From Neocallimastix sp. 'constans' (Eukaryota): a stretch of 64,000 nucleotides of DNA. The stretch is from NCBI GenBank assembly GCA_050613775.1, contig JBODTK010000124.1:372001-436000 (forward strand), given 5' to 3'. Positions 62,571 to 64,000 of this stretch are shown here, in pieces (position 1 is the stretch's first letter; each line of letters begins with the position of its first letter). The notes under the pieces were generated by a model, which ran no database searches, was not told the DNA's origin, and was given only the letters and a program-made list of their open reading frames with translations. Made by a program: the position numbers and the translations under genes.

Positions 62571-62734
62571 TATTATTATTATTATTATTATTAATAAAAT
62601 ATTAATTTATAAGAATATATTTTTTTATTATTTACACAAATTAAATAAATAAATTATGAAAAGAGTCCTTACATCATCATCCACACTTTTGAAAAAAATA
62701 AAAAAAAATAAAATAAAATAAAATAAATGTTAGA

Positions 62735-62860
62735 ATATTAAATGTAATTAAGGTACAGATTGAATAAAATAAAATAAAATAAAATAAAATAAATAGTTGA
62801 AATATGAATATAAAGTACAGATTGAATAAAATAAAAATAAAATAAAATAAAATAAAAACT
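62735..62860 (+). repeat. Isolated copy of the MULE array modules
   Basis: GTACAGATTG-(AATAA)n-ATAGTTGAAATATGAATATAAAGTACAGATTG, the same modules as in 49270-51910. Confidence 0.8.
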
Positions 62861-63249
62861 ACTACTAATTATAAAGTGAAAATTTAATAATTTTGAAGTT
62901 CATTTAAACATTTTATACTAATTTTTTTTTTTATAAATAAAATTGCTCATATCGAACTATCAAACTTTTTTTTTTTACTTGGTGATAATTTCTCCTAATA
63001 TTCAATATAAAAAGAAAGAAAGAAAAACTTTTATCTTTTCTTTTTTTTTTTTTAATTATTTTAAAACTTTTATTTCAATGTTTTATTCTTTTGCATAAAA
63101 AAAAAATTTTTTTTCTTGCAGTATTAAATTAGCAATATCAATTAATTAATAGATCATTTTATAAAAACTATAAATGACGTATAAATGACATCATTTTTTA
63201 TTTTATCCAAATTAAAGATTACTCAATAGTCTTATTATTTATTATTCAA

Positions 63250-63530
63250 TTATTTATTATTTATTATTTATTATTTATTATTTATTATTTATTATTTATT
63301 ATTTATTATTTAATTATTTAATTATTTATTATTTATTATTTATTATTTATTATTTATTATTTATTATTTATTATTTATTATTTATTATTTATTATTTATT
63401 ATTTATTATTCAATTATTTATTATTTATTATTTATTATTTATTATTTATTATTTATTATTTATTATTTATTATTTATTATTTATTATTTATTATTTATTA
63501 TTTATTATTTATTATTTATTATTTATAATT
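63250..63530. repeat. (TTATTTA)n heptamer microsatellite
   Basis: About 40 tandem 7-bp units. Confidence 0.9.
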
Positions 63531-64000
63531 AATTATCTATTATCTATTATTTATTTTATTTATAATTTAATTATTAAATTATTTATTATTCAATTATTTA
63601 TTCATTATTTATTATTTATTTATTTATTTATTAATCATTCAACTATTTAATTATTCCATTATTAATCCTTTTTCTTTTTTATTTCATTAAAAGTATTAAA
63701 AATAATAATAAAATAAAATAAAATTTTTTTTTTTTTAAATTGATGCATCCAATTTATATATTTTTATTAAAGTATAATTTCTTACATTGATATAAAATAA
63801 AATTTTAATTAAAGATAATTAAAAAAGAAAATAAAAAATAATTGATATTTATATATATGATATATAATATATACATAACTTCTTTTTTTTTTTTTTTTTA
63901 TTTATTTATTATTATCACTATTAGCATAATTAATTAGTATTTTTTTTTTATATCCATACTATTATTATTAAGATTATTATTTCTACTATAATTATGTCCA

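Overview
Extremely AT-rich eukaryotic DNA with many short GT-AG introns and long homopolymer/microsatellite tracts. Composition and gene style suggest an anaerobic gut fungus (Neocallimastigomycota); this is an inference. Spliced host genes: SEC24 (C/D type), a LisH/CTLH-WD40 protein, a probable CLAMP-domain flagellar protein, a DUSP19-like phosphatase and an H2A-like histone-fold protein. Two intronless genes look bacterial in origin: an MFS transporter, and a secreted LRR protein fused to two Listeria/Bacteroides-type repeats and an uncharacterised HxxxH domain. Mobile DNA: (i) a full-length but stop-disrupted Ty1/copia element with near-identical LTRs, whose primer-binding site appears complementary to the 5' half of tRNA-Lys(CUU); (ii) a nest of three LINE pieces and a Ty3/gypsy pol, partly ordered by target-site duplications (TSDs); (iii) a second gypsy relic; (iv) a 5.1-kb Mutator-like element, bounded by a 9-bp TSD, carrying a 2.6-kb modular higher-order tandem array upstream of its FLYWCH-MULE transposase. 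No CRISPR array, rRNA or tRNA gene was found. Exon boundaries were read by eye and are approximate.
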